64,000 bases of DNA from Octopus bimaculoides (lineage: Eukaryota): positions 15,231,261-15,295,260 of the forward strand of contig NC_068981.1 of the NCBI RefSeq assembly GCF_001194135.2. The letters run 5' to 3'. The translations under genes and the position numbers were made by a program. The notes beneath the pieces were generated by a model. The model made no database searches. It had not been told where the DNA came from and worked only from the letters and a program-made list of their open reading frames with translations. Shown piece by piece: positions 37,132-49,635 of the stretch. Numbering within the stretch: the first letter of the stretch is position 1; every line of letters begins with the position of its first letter.

Positions 37132-40100
37132 TGACACAGATTGCTTAAAACAAGGAAATCATGTGATATAGCAATGTTAACTCGTAGAGACACATCTAGT
37201 CAAACGTAGAAGATTTTACAAAGAAACAAATCCCTAGATACTACGTAGAATATACGCACATACGTAACTGAATCTCATTCAGTTATACAAGCGTAAACAT
37301 ATATTTTATCGTGCACGATTCCAAATAATATACAAAGTTATTCGGTCAAATATTTGATTACAAATATGAGCAGAAAAATTAAACTCTTAGCATGTAATAC
37401 ACAAATCATGTGCATTTCCTATAAGATTTAGTAAGATATATTTCGGCTTACGCTGAGCAAATCAGGTTGCCGTACTATAAAAAAGAACATTTAAAATATT
37501 TTATCTTTCAGAGTTAAGTGAATGTATTATGAGATTCTAAACTTATTCTTATCGGTGTATCGACTTGTTATCATAGGCATCGTCGTCCTCATTTTTGATA
37601 TCACTACTGGAGCCATGTTTGTAACTGTCTTCCTCTAAATACATCACTAGCCATCTGCTATATCCTAAAACCTTTCTTTCAATCATAAGAACACTAAAAC
37701 ATCGATCTCATAAAAAGCTTTGGCGCATAAGTAATAAGACATGGAATTCTAAATCGAGACCAGTCGTCAACATATCTTCTAGTATTTACATACTTTTCAG
37801 TTACAGCAGTACTAAATAATGCAAGTGGGAGGGTTTGAAGTTAATACCATCCTCAAAAGCAATGAGTAATCAGTGCCATAAACTTCCTCACAGCAGGAAT
37901 CGCTACAGTGTCATGAACTCTATTAAGCGATGCTGTTTATATAGTTGTAATCTGTTTTTATACATATTAATGTACATAGCCTTACATATTAATGTACATG
38001 TATATTAGAAATGCAGCAGTCCGCAATTTGTATTGCATATGCTAAAAATAGTAGCTTGATCGACTCTCAATCACGTCATAAATAAATGAAAAAGTACATT
38101 AGAAAATGTAATTTTAGAAATCATCAGAATTACAGCAGTTAACACGGTACCCACCAATAACAACAGAACCTAACCATATGAAGCAAAGCAGATTACTGAC
38201 TGCCAGCGTATATTCATTAGCATTATTTACTTTCACATTACTTAAAGTAATAAAGAAACCTGTTACTTTCATACTATTAATAGCTAAAATTAAATCTATA
38301 TTTATCTCAAGATTGCTGAAATATACATATTATATTTTTTTTTACTGATATAAATATTTGAATTCTTATATCGTTATTAAATGTTCCGAGTATATGAATG
38401 GAATTTTGCTTCTTTTTGTTTTTCTTTTCGAGAGCCATAGTGTCTCACATTTTTAGTAAAATCTTTCTTTAGTAAGAAACATTCATTCTATTCTCAAAAG
38501 AGATATCTATTACCGCAATTATCTGAATTGATATTGCTAGAATGCAAAATCGAAAATAATAATAATAATAATGTAAGTGTAACAGCCTCATTGCCTGAAG
38601 CAATTCTCTGATTGTATTGAATTCGTTAAAATATTTTGGAGGAATGGAGGATATAAAGAATCAGGAAAATTATAAATCTCTATTAGGAAATTTATAGGCA
38701 ACACATTGCAAACGGAACTCAATCTAGTATAGCGTTCAATAAATTACAGAATAATAGGTTTTATTAGTAATAAGACAAAGGGCTTCTTGTTACGAGCTAA
38801 TTGATTACAAGACGCTAATGACAATCGAATCGCATGCTCTCATGATAAATGATTTAGAAGACATTCACATTTTCAGATTCCTGTTATGTTCTGAATCTCT
38901 AGTAGAGTTGCACTAAAAATATGGTCTGGACTTGTTGCCATTATTAATGGTATACGACTAGAAAAAAAATCAGCTTTAAGTCTTTAATTTCAGCGAGTTA
39001 AATATTTGGTTTTATTCATTTGTACGTATTGTGTTAGTATCAGATACATCCTGGAACGTTACGGCATGAAATAACTATCTCCAATGATTTCTGTAGCAAG
39101 TAAGACGCTGCTTTGATAATTGCATAAGTTCCATTCTTAAAAAGTTCACGGCCAATAATTTCGCTGTATGTAGATATTTAAATAACTTGAGTGTATGCTT
39201 TCAAAACAGTTATACTAAATGTGTATTAAAAATGTTCATTATATGATATGATAGATATGTACCAAAATCTATTTATCAGAAAAATCAAAACACTTTTCTT
39301 TTAACATAAAAACACTTCGCCGAAAATAAATTTAAATATTTAATCAATAAAATATTTTTCCCATAATTATTTGCACGATATTTTAATTCAAACGAGAAAA
39401 ACGTGGCTGGACCTTTGCGTCAACGTAATAGCTTTTGGCTAACAATAATTTACCAGCTAAATCGAGCCTAAACAAAGAAAGGAAAATAACGAGCAATATC
39501 TTTCATGTAAATGCGGTCTGAAATATAAGTGAGAGGTATGAATTAAATCACAGAATGTTAAAAACAATTAACGTCAAAAATTAAATATATAGTTTAAATT
39601 TTAACAAGAATGAAGTTATGTGCCAATATTTTTATTTAGACAACTAAGCTAGCCAAATATTGTAGGTTATATATTCCCGATTTGAGCTGCACAAAATAAA
39701 AGTTTATGGAAGTTTTGGCGTTCATCCCAGAAGTATTAGCAAAACGTCCTTTCTTTCTCCTCTTGTATTGACTCATCATCCAATTTCATCGGAAGGAAAA
39801 CTTATATAAAGCCAAAATGCGAATCGTTCTTTCGTAAATAATTGGTGATTATTTAAATAGAGATATTCAATAATAGTTTGTTTTTAGGAACTGTACAACA
39901 TCTACGAAATAAACTGTAAAATAAAGAGATTGTAGTTTCAGAAAATAGGCGTCGGAAATCTAAAAAGAAAAACATATAAATATCATAAAGACGGACATTC
40001 AAATACTTATATATGATAATAAGGTTCCTACCTATATATTTACAACGGTGGAGAGGCGAGGGGATAGATGTTTCCCAAACATACGAGAATGAGTACACAC

Positions 40101-40457
40101 ATAAGGATAAACACACACAAACACAGACAAAATATACACACATATTCACACAGACTCACATCGTATGTTATATCATTTACAGACTTATTTTATCTTCAAA
40201 AACATTTAATTATATATTATCATTGATAGTTTTGTGTGGAGAAATATATGTAATTGTGATTCTGCATATTGCTGTATGGATAATTTTCGTATATATACTT
40301 TTAATGGCATACAATTAACTCAACACACAAACACACACATACACACAGACAGTTATGTATGTACTTATGTATGTATAGGTATATACACATATACATGCAC
40401 TTATATATACGTAGATATAAACGGAGATAAAATATAGGTAGGTAGATATATAGATAG

Positions 40458-40576
<119 letters not shown>

Positions 40577-40632
40577 TAGAGAGAGAGAGAGAGAAAGAGG
40601 GAAAGAGAGTCATACATATAGACAGATCGATC

Positions 40633-40666
<34 letters not shown>

Positions 40667-40875
40667 GAACTGTAATTCTTTCATATGAAACAAAGTTCCC
40701 TGGAAATGAGATAATAATCTAGATATGGCGGTGAAGTAACACGCCTCAATATTATGAATAAATTGCCGGTACGAACCAATTAACAAGTTAATGTAGTACA
40801 AAGGGAATGTTCCATGAAAGCCTGTATGTAGATTGTAAGATTGTGTTGAAAGCAAAGTTTATTTTTCTGGAACAG

Positions 40876-40931
40876 GCATTGTAGACCTATTGAATTCACT
40901 TATCAAACGTAATGTTATCACATCTGAGCAG
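40876..40931 (+). CDS. Candidate 56-nt exon, helical-repeat-like peptide
   Basis: tttatttttctggaacag| (G)IVDLLNSLIKRNVITSEQ |gtcaag (weak donor). Confidence 0.15.
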
Positions 40932-41257
40932 GTCAAGATTGTTTTTATACATTAAGCTGAACACATAAAATTAAAATAAACTCAAAACTTCAAGCAGTGT
41001 GTTTCGATATTAGCAGAGTCACAAGTGTATGCATTGAAATGCGACAGTGCAGCTTCTGTGTCGCTCGCAAATGTAATATTCTGAAACCATACAAAATTCT
41101 AAATATTGATATTAAGTTGTGTCTAAATGCAGAGACATAATAATTTTATGAAAAATGTCTTATAGTAGAAAATTAATATGTGATAGTTATGAATTTAATC
41201 TGTCACATGAAGAGAATGTGTAAGAATGCCACTGACAGCACAATGCATTGATACAAG

Positions 41258-41456
41258 AAGGCGGTGAGCTGGGCAAAATGCTTAGTGCTATTTCGTCTCT
41301 CTTTACGTTCTGAGTTCAATTTCCACCGAGGTCGACATTACCTTTCATCCTTTCGGGGTCGATTAATTAAGTACCAGTTGCGTACTGGGGTCGGTCTAAT
41401 CGACTGATCCTCTTCCCCGAAAATTTCGGGCCTTGTCCCGAGCGTAGAAAATAATA
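41258..41456 (+). mobile_element. SINE family B (tail type 1) with 12-bp target-site duplication
   Basis: cattgatacaag at 41246-41257 and 41457-41468; core gaggtcgac..cctttcatcctttcggggtcgat..ttaagtaccagttgcgtactggggtc. Confidence 0.92.
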
Positions 41457-43439
41457 CATTGATACAAGGTAAGTAAAACTCTATATATGTAGAATTACTA
41501 TTACAGAGTAGTAGTAATGATAAACTTCATTTCCCATGGTGTATTCTATTTCAGAGACCATCAACCTTTCAGTGTATTTAAATTGAAATTTAACCATTCA
41601 TGTGTTACTCCAATTATTTTCAACAATAAAATCTGACAAAAGTTGGCAAGCATTAAATATATTATAGTGCACTTAGACCCCAGTCTGTTAATTCATCATT
41701 ATGTTGCCTGAAAAGAGTCATAAATGACAGAATAGTCGTCGCGGATATTTAGTGAGTTAGGTCTCTTTTGGGATTAAAAAGAGCTCTGCTGTATGAACTG
41801 ACCTATTGTTCTGGTGTCTGCAACCGTAAACTTCCACTGTATTTGTGTGTGGTTGTGTGTGTGTGCGTGTGCGTGTGCGTGCGCGCGTGTTTGTGTAAGA
41901 CTAAATACCAACTGATTAAAAACAAAATTAAATATACTAATAACAGCAATAGCACGAACAGCATTAATAAAATAACAAATAATCTTTCTGCTCTTGGGAC
42001 ATGGCCAGGGAGTTTAAAGATAAAGCAAAGTGGATTACATGGACTCCAGTACGTGACAGGTACTTACTTTCTTGATCACGTAATTATGACTTTCTTGATC
42101 ACGTAATAATTCTCTTGAGTAGAGAAGCTTAGACGAGACCTCAAGGCAAGTACTTCATTGTTACGATATTGTGTTGCCAGAAATAATGACAGGCAAAGTT
42201 AACCTCGATAGAATTGCACCTAGGGAGTCGGACAATCCAACATCACAATATGAAGAATAACATCAACAATTCATTAAATTTGGCCTCGCCCAGATTTGAT
42301 TCCAGGGCGTTAACAAACAAAATACCAGTAAAGCATTTTGTCCATCAGGCTCACTATTCCGCTAAAGTCTCACCCTTAATTATTTAGGCGTAATCTATTG
42401 ACCAAATCTTTAGCTGGAGGAGTATATCCTAATGACTGCACTTTCCAGTTGTCGCATGTTTTATCAAGTTCGACTTTGTAAGGACGAAACGCTCAGTAAA
42501 TTCGAACTCAGATCATTGGGAGACGTATATATAAAGAATGCTTTATTCTGCTCATTTTTCCACAAGTAGTTTCGAAACATTGATCCAACTTTCAGACGCT
42601 CACTCCATAGGTTACCGTATGAGGAGTAGAAGCTGAATAGCAAAATATAGTACAAAACGCAAACATTATGAAGACAGATAGAGTCAATGAACAAGAGAGG
42701 AAAAATTACAAAATAAATAAATATAAAATATAAAATTAAAAAAATATCTTATTAATTTGGAGATTAGACGAAGCTATTAGATGTAATGCCAAAATAGTTT
42801 GAAACTTTATTGGCTATTACTGAAGTAAAAACTGATATGATGGCTCTCCATTATCGAAGTAGAGAAACGAGAAAAAAATCAATTTTGTTTTCTCTTTTCA
42901 TTATTTAGAATAGCTTGCAATATTTGTAAAGAGTATTTCATAAACATTGATTTCTTTAATTGTTAGACAGTGTCAAACACATTTCGCTGGCTCACTAACC
43001 AAAAGTCTGCTTTCTCTTCTTCATTGTTCTTTGATAAAATATTATCGGTTAAAGCATTACAGCTGCACACGATGTATTTTTTCTTTCTTTTTGTATTAAG
43101 TACAGGGAAACCACAAGATATTATTGAAATTTGCTGTTTTCGAAATTGGTTTTCCAAGAATAAATTTTCAAAAGGGTCTGCTTTAATATTTTTACTTGCA
43201 TGCACATATATTATTGCAACACCATTGTGCAACACACAAGTGCACGCACATCAGTACATTTTTAACAAATATTCTTTGTTTAAAATCCAGCGAATATTTC
43301 ACTACGATTTTTGAAAGCATACACGTACACACGTGGACACACATCTATCTATAAGGTTGTGCGTGTGCGCACGTATGTGTGTGTGTGTGTGTGAAGAGGG
43401 AGAGAGAGAGTGAGAGTGAGAGAAAAAGAAAAAAAATTA

Positions 43440-43507
<68 letters not shown>

Positions 43508-45316
43508 ATTTATTTATTTATACGTATACATGATGTATATCATACGTACGTTGTATAAACTACGAGTCTATAAACGTTACTTACAACATTTTGTAAGTAC
43601 ATAGTAAAGTGGTGACTAATAATCATTGAAAAGGAGCTACACAATAGGAAAGTTCTAGTTTGTTTCAGACCGCATGACTCTTTAAAGCATTTGTAGTATA
43701 ATTGGGGATTTCTGATTGGTAGGCTACAAAGGAAAATTCCAATGTAATTTGTGTTATAAAACCTAATGTAGTGAAACATGAAATTTTCCTGCAGCCAATA
43801 ATCTTGACTCTAACGCACCAACTTTTCTCCAACGACTAGCAGTAACCTGCAAACAGCCGAAACAGTTAAATCTATAGCGTCTGTCATAGCTTACATTAAT
43901 ATTACGTGGAATTGAAAATAATTCTTAGGTTGAAGTACAGAAATATCTTGTACAAATTGGCATGCCGATAACAAAAAAAAAAAAAAAAGACAGAAAGAAA
44001 AGAAAGAACACTAAAATTCGTTTGGAAAATTATGATGTTCTCACACGCTAACATTACAGCCTTTTTCTGATTATAGCTATAATCCTTACAACTACCCGCT
44101 AAAAATATATGAAATAACACAATATCATTAATGAATATCACTCTCCGGTGTATTTTCACTCAACACTGATAAGATTTTTTATAATTTTATTCCTTCTATG
44201 CTCATTCATCCAGCATAACAAAATTAAGATTCTGTATTCCTTGCGAATAATCTAAATGCTCAGATGATTTCATATTAATGCTTAGATAGTTTAAAACCAT
44301 TAATCTATTCTGTAATATCACGATGTTGATAAATTATAATGAAACACGGGTATTCAATTACGAAATTGTTTAAAAAGCTTTCCAGTTGTGTATATAATTG
44401 AAACAATAACATTTTCAAAATATGCAAATAACATCGTCACCACACAAAATTAAGCACCCACACAAATGCAAAGCTAGCCACACGACCGCACACACAATCA
44501 CAAATGCATGCATATATGTACAGGTATACAAACACGTCTCTTTTGTTTGTTACATGTATGTGTGTGTAAGAATCACGCCGGTGTTAAAAGCAATTAAGCA
44601 AGGAAACTACTTAATACTGTTGCGTAGATTTTTAGGATATTAAGGATCGGTAACATAAATCTCTTACACATTTAACTGCTAAATGTATGTTTGCACGAAA
44701 GTATTTTTTTTCTCTGTGTGAGTGTGAGACCATGTGCGTGTGATGGTGTATTAGTGTTCGCATTTAAAGTTGCAATTACAGCAGATGCGACTAACGCATA
44801 TATTTAAAACTTTCTACAGGAATTAACACACTGCTCATACATCTATTGATGCTTGTACGCTCATCAGCTATTGCCACAAGCCATCCTGTCGAAAAAAAAA
44901 TCTATAATTGATATTACATCAGTATATGACTGTTAATCTATTGATTCTAGAAATATCAAATTTTACTAAATTTTTTGTTTGCTTTCGTTGGCCTTTTTTT
45001 CTTTTCTTTTATCGATCACATTCTAGAAACCTTTGTTACATAATATATAAGCTTGGAAAGCAACACAAATACGTTACTCAAAATATAACACCATTAAACC
45101 ATCAGCTAATATCAAATATGGCAACTAAGATATTTACTCGAAATAACCTAAGAGAAATACTTACCATGAGTTTTCTGGAATTTGAATTGTAAGTTTAGAT
45201 ACATATATTCATATATGAAAACCTAAACGATGTTCTATAGTAAAAATAAGCTCAGTTGTCAACACAATAGGATATAATACAATACAGAAAACTACAGAAT
45301 ATCTTTCATCTAACAG

Positions 45317-45348
45317 GGGAACATTTATTTTACTTTAAAGATTTGTAG
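45317..45348 (+). CDS. Candidate 32-nt exon (phase 0->2) upstream of a SUEL-like exon
   Basis: tctttcatctaacag| GNIYFTLKIC(R) |gtacgt; the only open frame, phase-compatible with 45460 across a 111-nt intron. Confidence 0.3.
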
Positions 45349-45459
45349 GTACGTGGTACTTCGTTATAAGGTATACTGAATGCTTTCATAAGTCAGTACA
45401 CTTATGTTCTACTGAGTCAGCAGTGCTCTTACTTTATTTTGTAAATGCTATTTCTACAG

Positions 45460-45707
45460 ATATATGATAGAAGTTATAGCCAGCACTGATTTTTGCTACA
45501 ATGTTTCATCAGATGTAAACAGACAATGTGATCGAAGACAAAAATGTGAAATTAATGTATATACCATATTTCAGAAGTTGTTACCCCTTCTTCAGAAATC
45601 ATCTCATCTGCTATTGCCTCAGAACGTTGCTTATATAGCCACCGAATACAAAGATGTTAAGTTATTTGATATACCATTTTACATATTTACACCAATTTCT
45701 GAGAGTG
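45460..45707 (+). CDS. Candidate exon encoding a divergent SUEL/galactose-binding lectin-like segment (may be a pseudo-exon)
   Basis: atttctacag| 82 open codons YMIEVIASTDFCYNVSSDVNRQCDRRQKCEINV...PQNVAYIATEY...ISES |gtatgt; CxxVxxxVxxxCxxRQxCEIxV and AYxxxEY resemble SUEL second-half motifs, but the expected PC and terminal C are missing. Confidence 0.4.
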
Positions 45708-45858
45708 GTATGTAAACATTAAAGATTTGTAGTTACGTGATATTTCGTTATGCAAATACAATATTCTATAAAGTATAATAAATGTTTTCATAAGTGAATA
45801 CCACATTCTATTGCGTCAGCACTGTTCGTACATTATTTTGTTACGGTTATTTCTACAG

Positions 45859-45980
45859 ATACTATATAGGACTGATTTATTTCTCTATTCGTTGGAGAAT
45901 TTTGATGCTATGTAGGAAAACGTTTCCTCCATCTACGACAGATGTCATGGATTCCGAGTATAATCAGCATACAACTGTTT
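45859..45980 (+). pseudogene. Decayed tandem duplicate of the SUEL-like exon start
   Basis: Same acceptor context atttctacagata; broken frame ENVSSIYDRCHG (cf. NVSSDVNRQC); in-frame stops. Confidence 0.3.
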
Positions 45981-46107
45981 CACAACTATCAAAGATATAC
46001 TGAAAATTTAAATATTCGATCATATGGTGAGATATCAGAATGGTTGGAACACTTAAATATAACTATAATTTATATTGTTTTGAACTTTCACTTTTGTATA
46101 TCAACAG

Positions 46108-46277
46108 ACTAATTTTTGTGACAAAAGAGCTCGTCCGACCTACTAATTATATCAAATCTCCAAATGTTAGAATTTTGCCTACCAAATTCACCATGCCCCT
46201 ATATACTGCATTGTGAATCCCACGTGGTTGAGAACACAACTATACTTCTAACAAACATCACACTACTTTACACATAA
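46108..46277 (+). pseudogene. Frameshifted CUB-like segment
   Basis: tatcaacag| TNFCDK / RPTNYIKSPN / PNSPCPYIL...TNITLLY across three frames. Confidence 0.25.
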
Positions 46278-47609
46278 TCTCATTCAGACTTGCACTGATG
46301 TCTTCACTTTCAACACAACAAGGAGGAAAACATCTAAATTGTTTCTCGGTAATATATTTACAATTTAAGCTGCTCTGAGAACACAGTGGACGCATTCATA
46401 TCTTTGATTTATCAATGAAATCTTAAATGACATTCCATCCACTTAGGCTTTCAGCGGGAATAAGAACCCTTGCATTTATACCTGGTGTTACTACTGATGG
46501 TGCTAACGATGCAAGTCTGGGAGAAGTTAAGTGTAAATGGGTGCAAATCCGTTATTAGTAAATTTGTGGTTTGTTAGCTTTAGGTCAGCTTTGATCGATG
46601 CAAAGCTATAATCAAAGGAATTCCGGCTAAATTACTCTTCGTCTCTAATTTCTAATACATTTAAGAGAAATAGATAAATAGATAAACATATATGCGTAGA
46701 CATATATATATGTATACATNNNNNNNNNNNNNNNNNNNNNNNNNNNNNNNNNNNNNNNNNNNNNNNNNNNNNNNNNNNNNNNNNNNNNNNNNNNNNNNNN
46801 NNNNNNNNNNNNNNNNNNNNNNNNNNNNNNNNNNNNNNNNNNNNNNNNNNNNNNNNNNNNNNNNNNNNNNNNNNNNNNNNNNNNNNNNNNNNNNNNNNNN
46901 NNNNNNNNNNNNNNNNNNNNNNNNNNNNNNNNNNNNNNNNNNNNNNNNNNNNNNNNNNNNNNNNNNNNNNNNNNNNNNNNNNNNNNNNNNNNNNNNNNNN
47001 NNNNNNNNNNNNNNNNNNNNNNATATATTTGCATAAACATTCTATTATAACGTTTATGTACCACCAACCATTTATGAGGGTTCTTAAATATTTGTTCGAA
47101 TTTATAAAATTGCCGAAATGATAATTAACTGTCAAATATAAATTTCAGTCACCTGCATTTAAAAATTTGGTATTCCCTTATTTACATGTTCAACACCTTT
47201 TGCTTCTTACTTCTTATATGGAGTTTAAAACTAGCTCATCTAGAGAGAGAAAGTTACCTATAGTTCTATTTTATATTTATCCTCACTTAACTGTTACATG
47301 TTAGTCGTGTTTTAAATAGACATGACTTCTAGAAGAATTACACATTAAAAATTAGTAGGAACACATTACCCATGCGATTCTAAAGTCCACCTTATTTCTT
47401 TATTAGATTCTTAGTTTTTCTTACTGCTCTAGCGATAAGTATTCTTTGACGACTCAGGTCCTTAAAATGAAATTGTTGTCTTTCTGTACAAAACGATCGT
47501 CTAGCGAAATGAATAAATAAATATTTTATCCTATATTATCAGCTGATCTCCTCCATTTATTAAAAAATATGATTGAATGTGTTGAACTTCGTTCTATAAC
47601 TTAAATCAT

Positions 47610-48533
47610 GTCCGTTATTCTTCATCAGTTAATGACCAGATGGTGTTATTTAGTTTCACTCCATTAATGATAAGACTGAGTGGATTCCCATGCTGGCGGT
47701 GCTCGTGAAATTTGCAGAGAATATAGCTCCAAGAGCAAACAAAGCATGGATAGCAAGCGATACAGAGTGGAAATGCAAAAGTGAATTAATGAAATATAAG
47801 ACGATGGACGTAGGACAATGACGAAATAAATAAGAAAGGTGCAAAATATAGCTTCAGAGCCAAAGAGCCACGAATGATGGGCAACGCTAAGAAGGCTATC
47901 CGAAAGAATAAGAAAAACGACAAATAGCAAAGAATGCGTCAGAGGGACCCAGAGAATTAAGGACCATTCAGCAACGCAACCAGTGAAAAAAAAGTGACAG
48001 AAAGAAAGGCTGGTCACGGGTCACGAGTCATCATCAAGCTGAGGAGAAACAGAGCAAGAGAGAGAGAGAGAGAGTGACAGAGAGATAACAAGGGGTGAGG
48101 GGAATGAAAAGGAGAAGGAAGAAAGGCTAGAAATAGAAATAAGAGGACGAGAAAGAGAAAGAAAAGAACGAAAAGAGGAAAAGGACTCCTCCTCCTTTTT
48201 CACCTTCGTCCATTTGCCCATTGACACATATTTAGCTTTTTGTTGTTCTGATTCTTTAGGGGAGCCTTCTAAGCGTTACCCACCATTCGTGTCTCTTTGA
48301 CCCTGAGGCTATATTTTGCTCGTTTCTTATTAATTTCGTCTTTGTCATTCGTGCATCGTCCTAAATTACATTTATTCACTTTCCCACGCTCACTCATGCT
48401 TTGTTTGCTATCGGCCTTATATACTACGCAACTTTGGCGGTGACTGCCAGCATGGGAATTTCCCCAGTCTTATCATTAATGGTGTGAAATTGAGTAATAT
48501 TATCTGGTTGATAACTGACGAAGATTTAGGGAC
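47610..48533. repeat. Long imperfect inverted repeat: arms about 47610-47940 and 48223-48533 around an AG-rich spacer
   Basis: The reverse complement of the left arm aligns to the right arm; hand-counted 67/77 and 64/79 identities in two blocks; exact blocks include cagtcttatcattaatgg, catgctttgtttgct and gccagcatgggaat. Confidence 0.9.
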
Positions 48534-48961
48534 CTTTGGTGTCTGCCTTTTGTCCGTTCGTGTACGCAATATACGATATATGTATNNNNNNNNNNNNNNN
48601 NNNNNNNNNNNNNNNNNNNNNNNNNNNNNNNNNNNNNNNNNNNNNNNNNNNNNNNNNNNNNNNNNNNNNNNNNNNNNNNNNNNNNNNNNNNNNNNNNNNN
48701 NNNNNNNNNNNNNNNNNNNNNNNNNNNNNNNNNNNNNNNNNNNNNNNNNNNNNNNNNNNNNNNNNNNNNNNNNNNNNNNNNNNNNNNNNNNNNNNNNNNN
48801 NNNNNNNNNNNNNNNNNNNNNNNNNNNNNNNNNNNNNNNNNNNNNNNNNNNNNNNNNNNNNNNNNNNNNNNNNNNNNNNNNNNNNNNNNNNNNNNNNNNN
48901 NNNNNNNNNNNNNNNNNNNNNNNNNNNNNNNNNNNNATATATGTATATATATATATATATA

Positions 48962-49165
48962 CGTCCGGCGTTCACCATGATAACTTGCTAGTCACTACAC
49001 ATTCTTTATTTTCTCTCCTTGTTTCTTTCTCCGTTCCTTTCTGTGGAAGAGTGTAGGCTTGAAACGTTAAAGAATTTTTCACTTCCCGGGCGTTATAATA
49101 ATGCATCTATTTGTTGTCTATACCGCTTGTATTCGTCTTTTGTTGTTTTTGTGAATTCTCCCTAT
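48962..49165 (+). mobile_element. ~200-bp non-autonomous element with hammerhead-like fold, flanked by (TA)n; copy 2
   Basis: ttccttt ctgtgga a gagt gtag gctt gaaac gtt aaagaa (49034-49074); ends tgtgaattctccc|tatgtata; homologous to 7909-8109. Confidence 0.65.
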
Positions 49166-49282
49166 GTATATATATGAATGTAAATGTTATTAAATTTCCT
49201 CAAAATATATTTTGTGCAGCTCAAACATTATCTAATATAGGACTCAATACGTTGGGTAGAGTAGATATTCATGCTTAATATA

Positions 49283-49520
49283 TCACAAATGAAAGTCTAC
49301 CCAGATATCTACCTCGGTTTTATATACAACACCATCATTTAGACTTATGTATTGCCCGGTGCCCTTCAAGGCTTCTGAGTTAATGAATATTCTTCTTTTA
49401 GCCCCTGCGCACATTTCTCTCGACGACACAGTTTGCGTGGTATTCCTCAGACACTTGGAGATCCGAAAATCATAAACGCCTTTACTCTGCAAATGCTTTG
49501 TGACATATAGCTTTAAGTTT
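49283..49520 (-). other. Open frame of uncertain origin, possibly a Tc1/mariner N-terminal HTH remnant
   Basis: LQSKGVYDFRISKCLRNTTQTVSS...KRR...GTGQYISLNDGVVYK loosely follows the G.....I...L....TV.....KR.....G.G pattern; no catalytic region nearby. Confidence 0.25.
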
Positions 49521-49589
49521 TGAAGAAAGTTTGAAATAATACATACGCATACTTGTATGCATACACGCAGACACAGATATATAACCAAT

Positions 49590-49635
<46 letters not shown>

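Noticed and set aside
43715-43760. FQCNLCYKT zinc-finger-like peptide
   Set aside because: A stop follows immediately and there is no HxxxH; likely chance.
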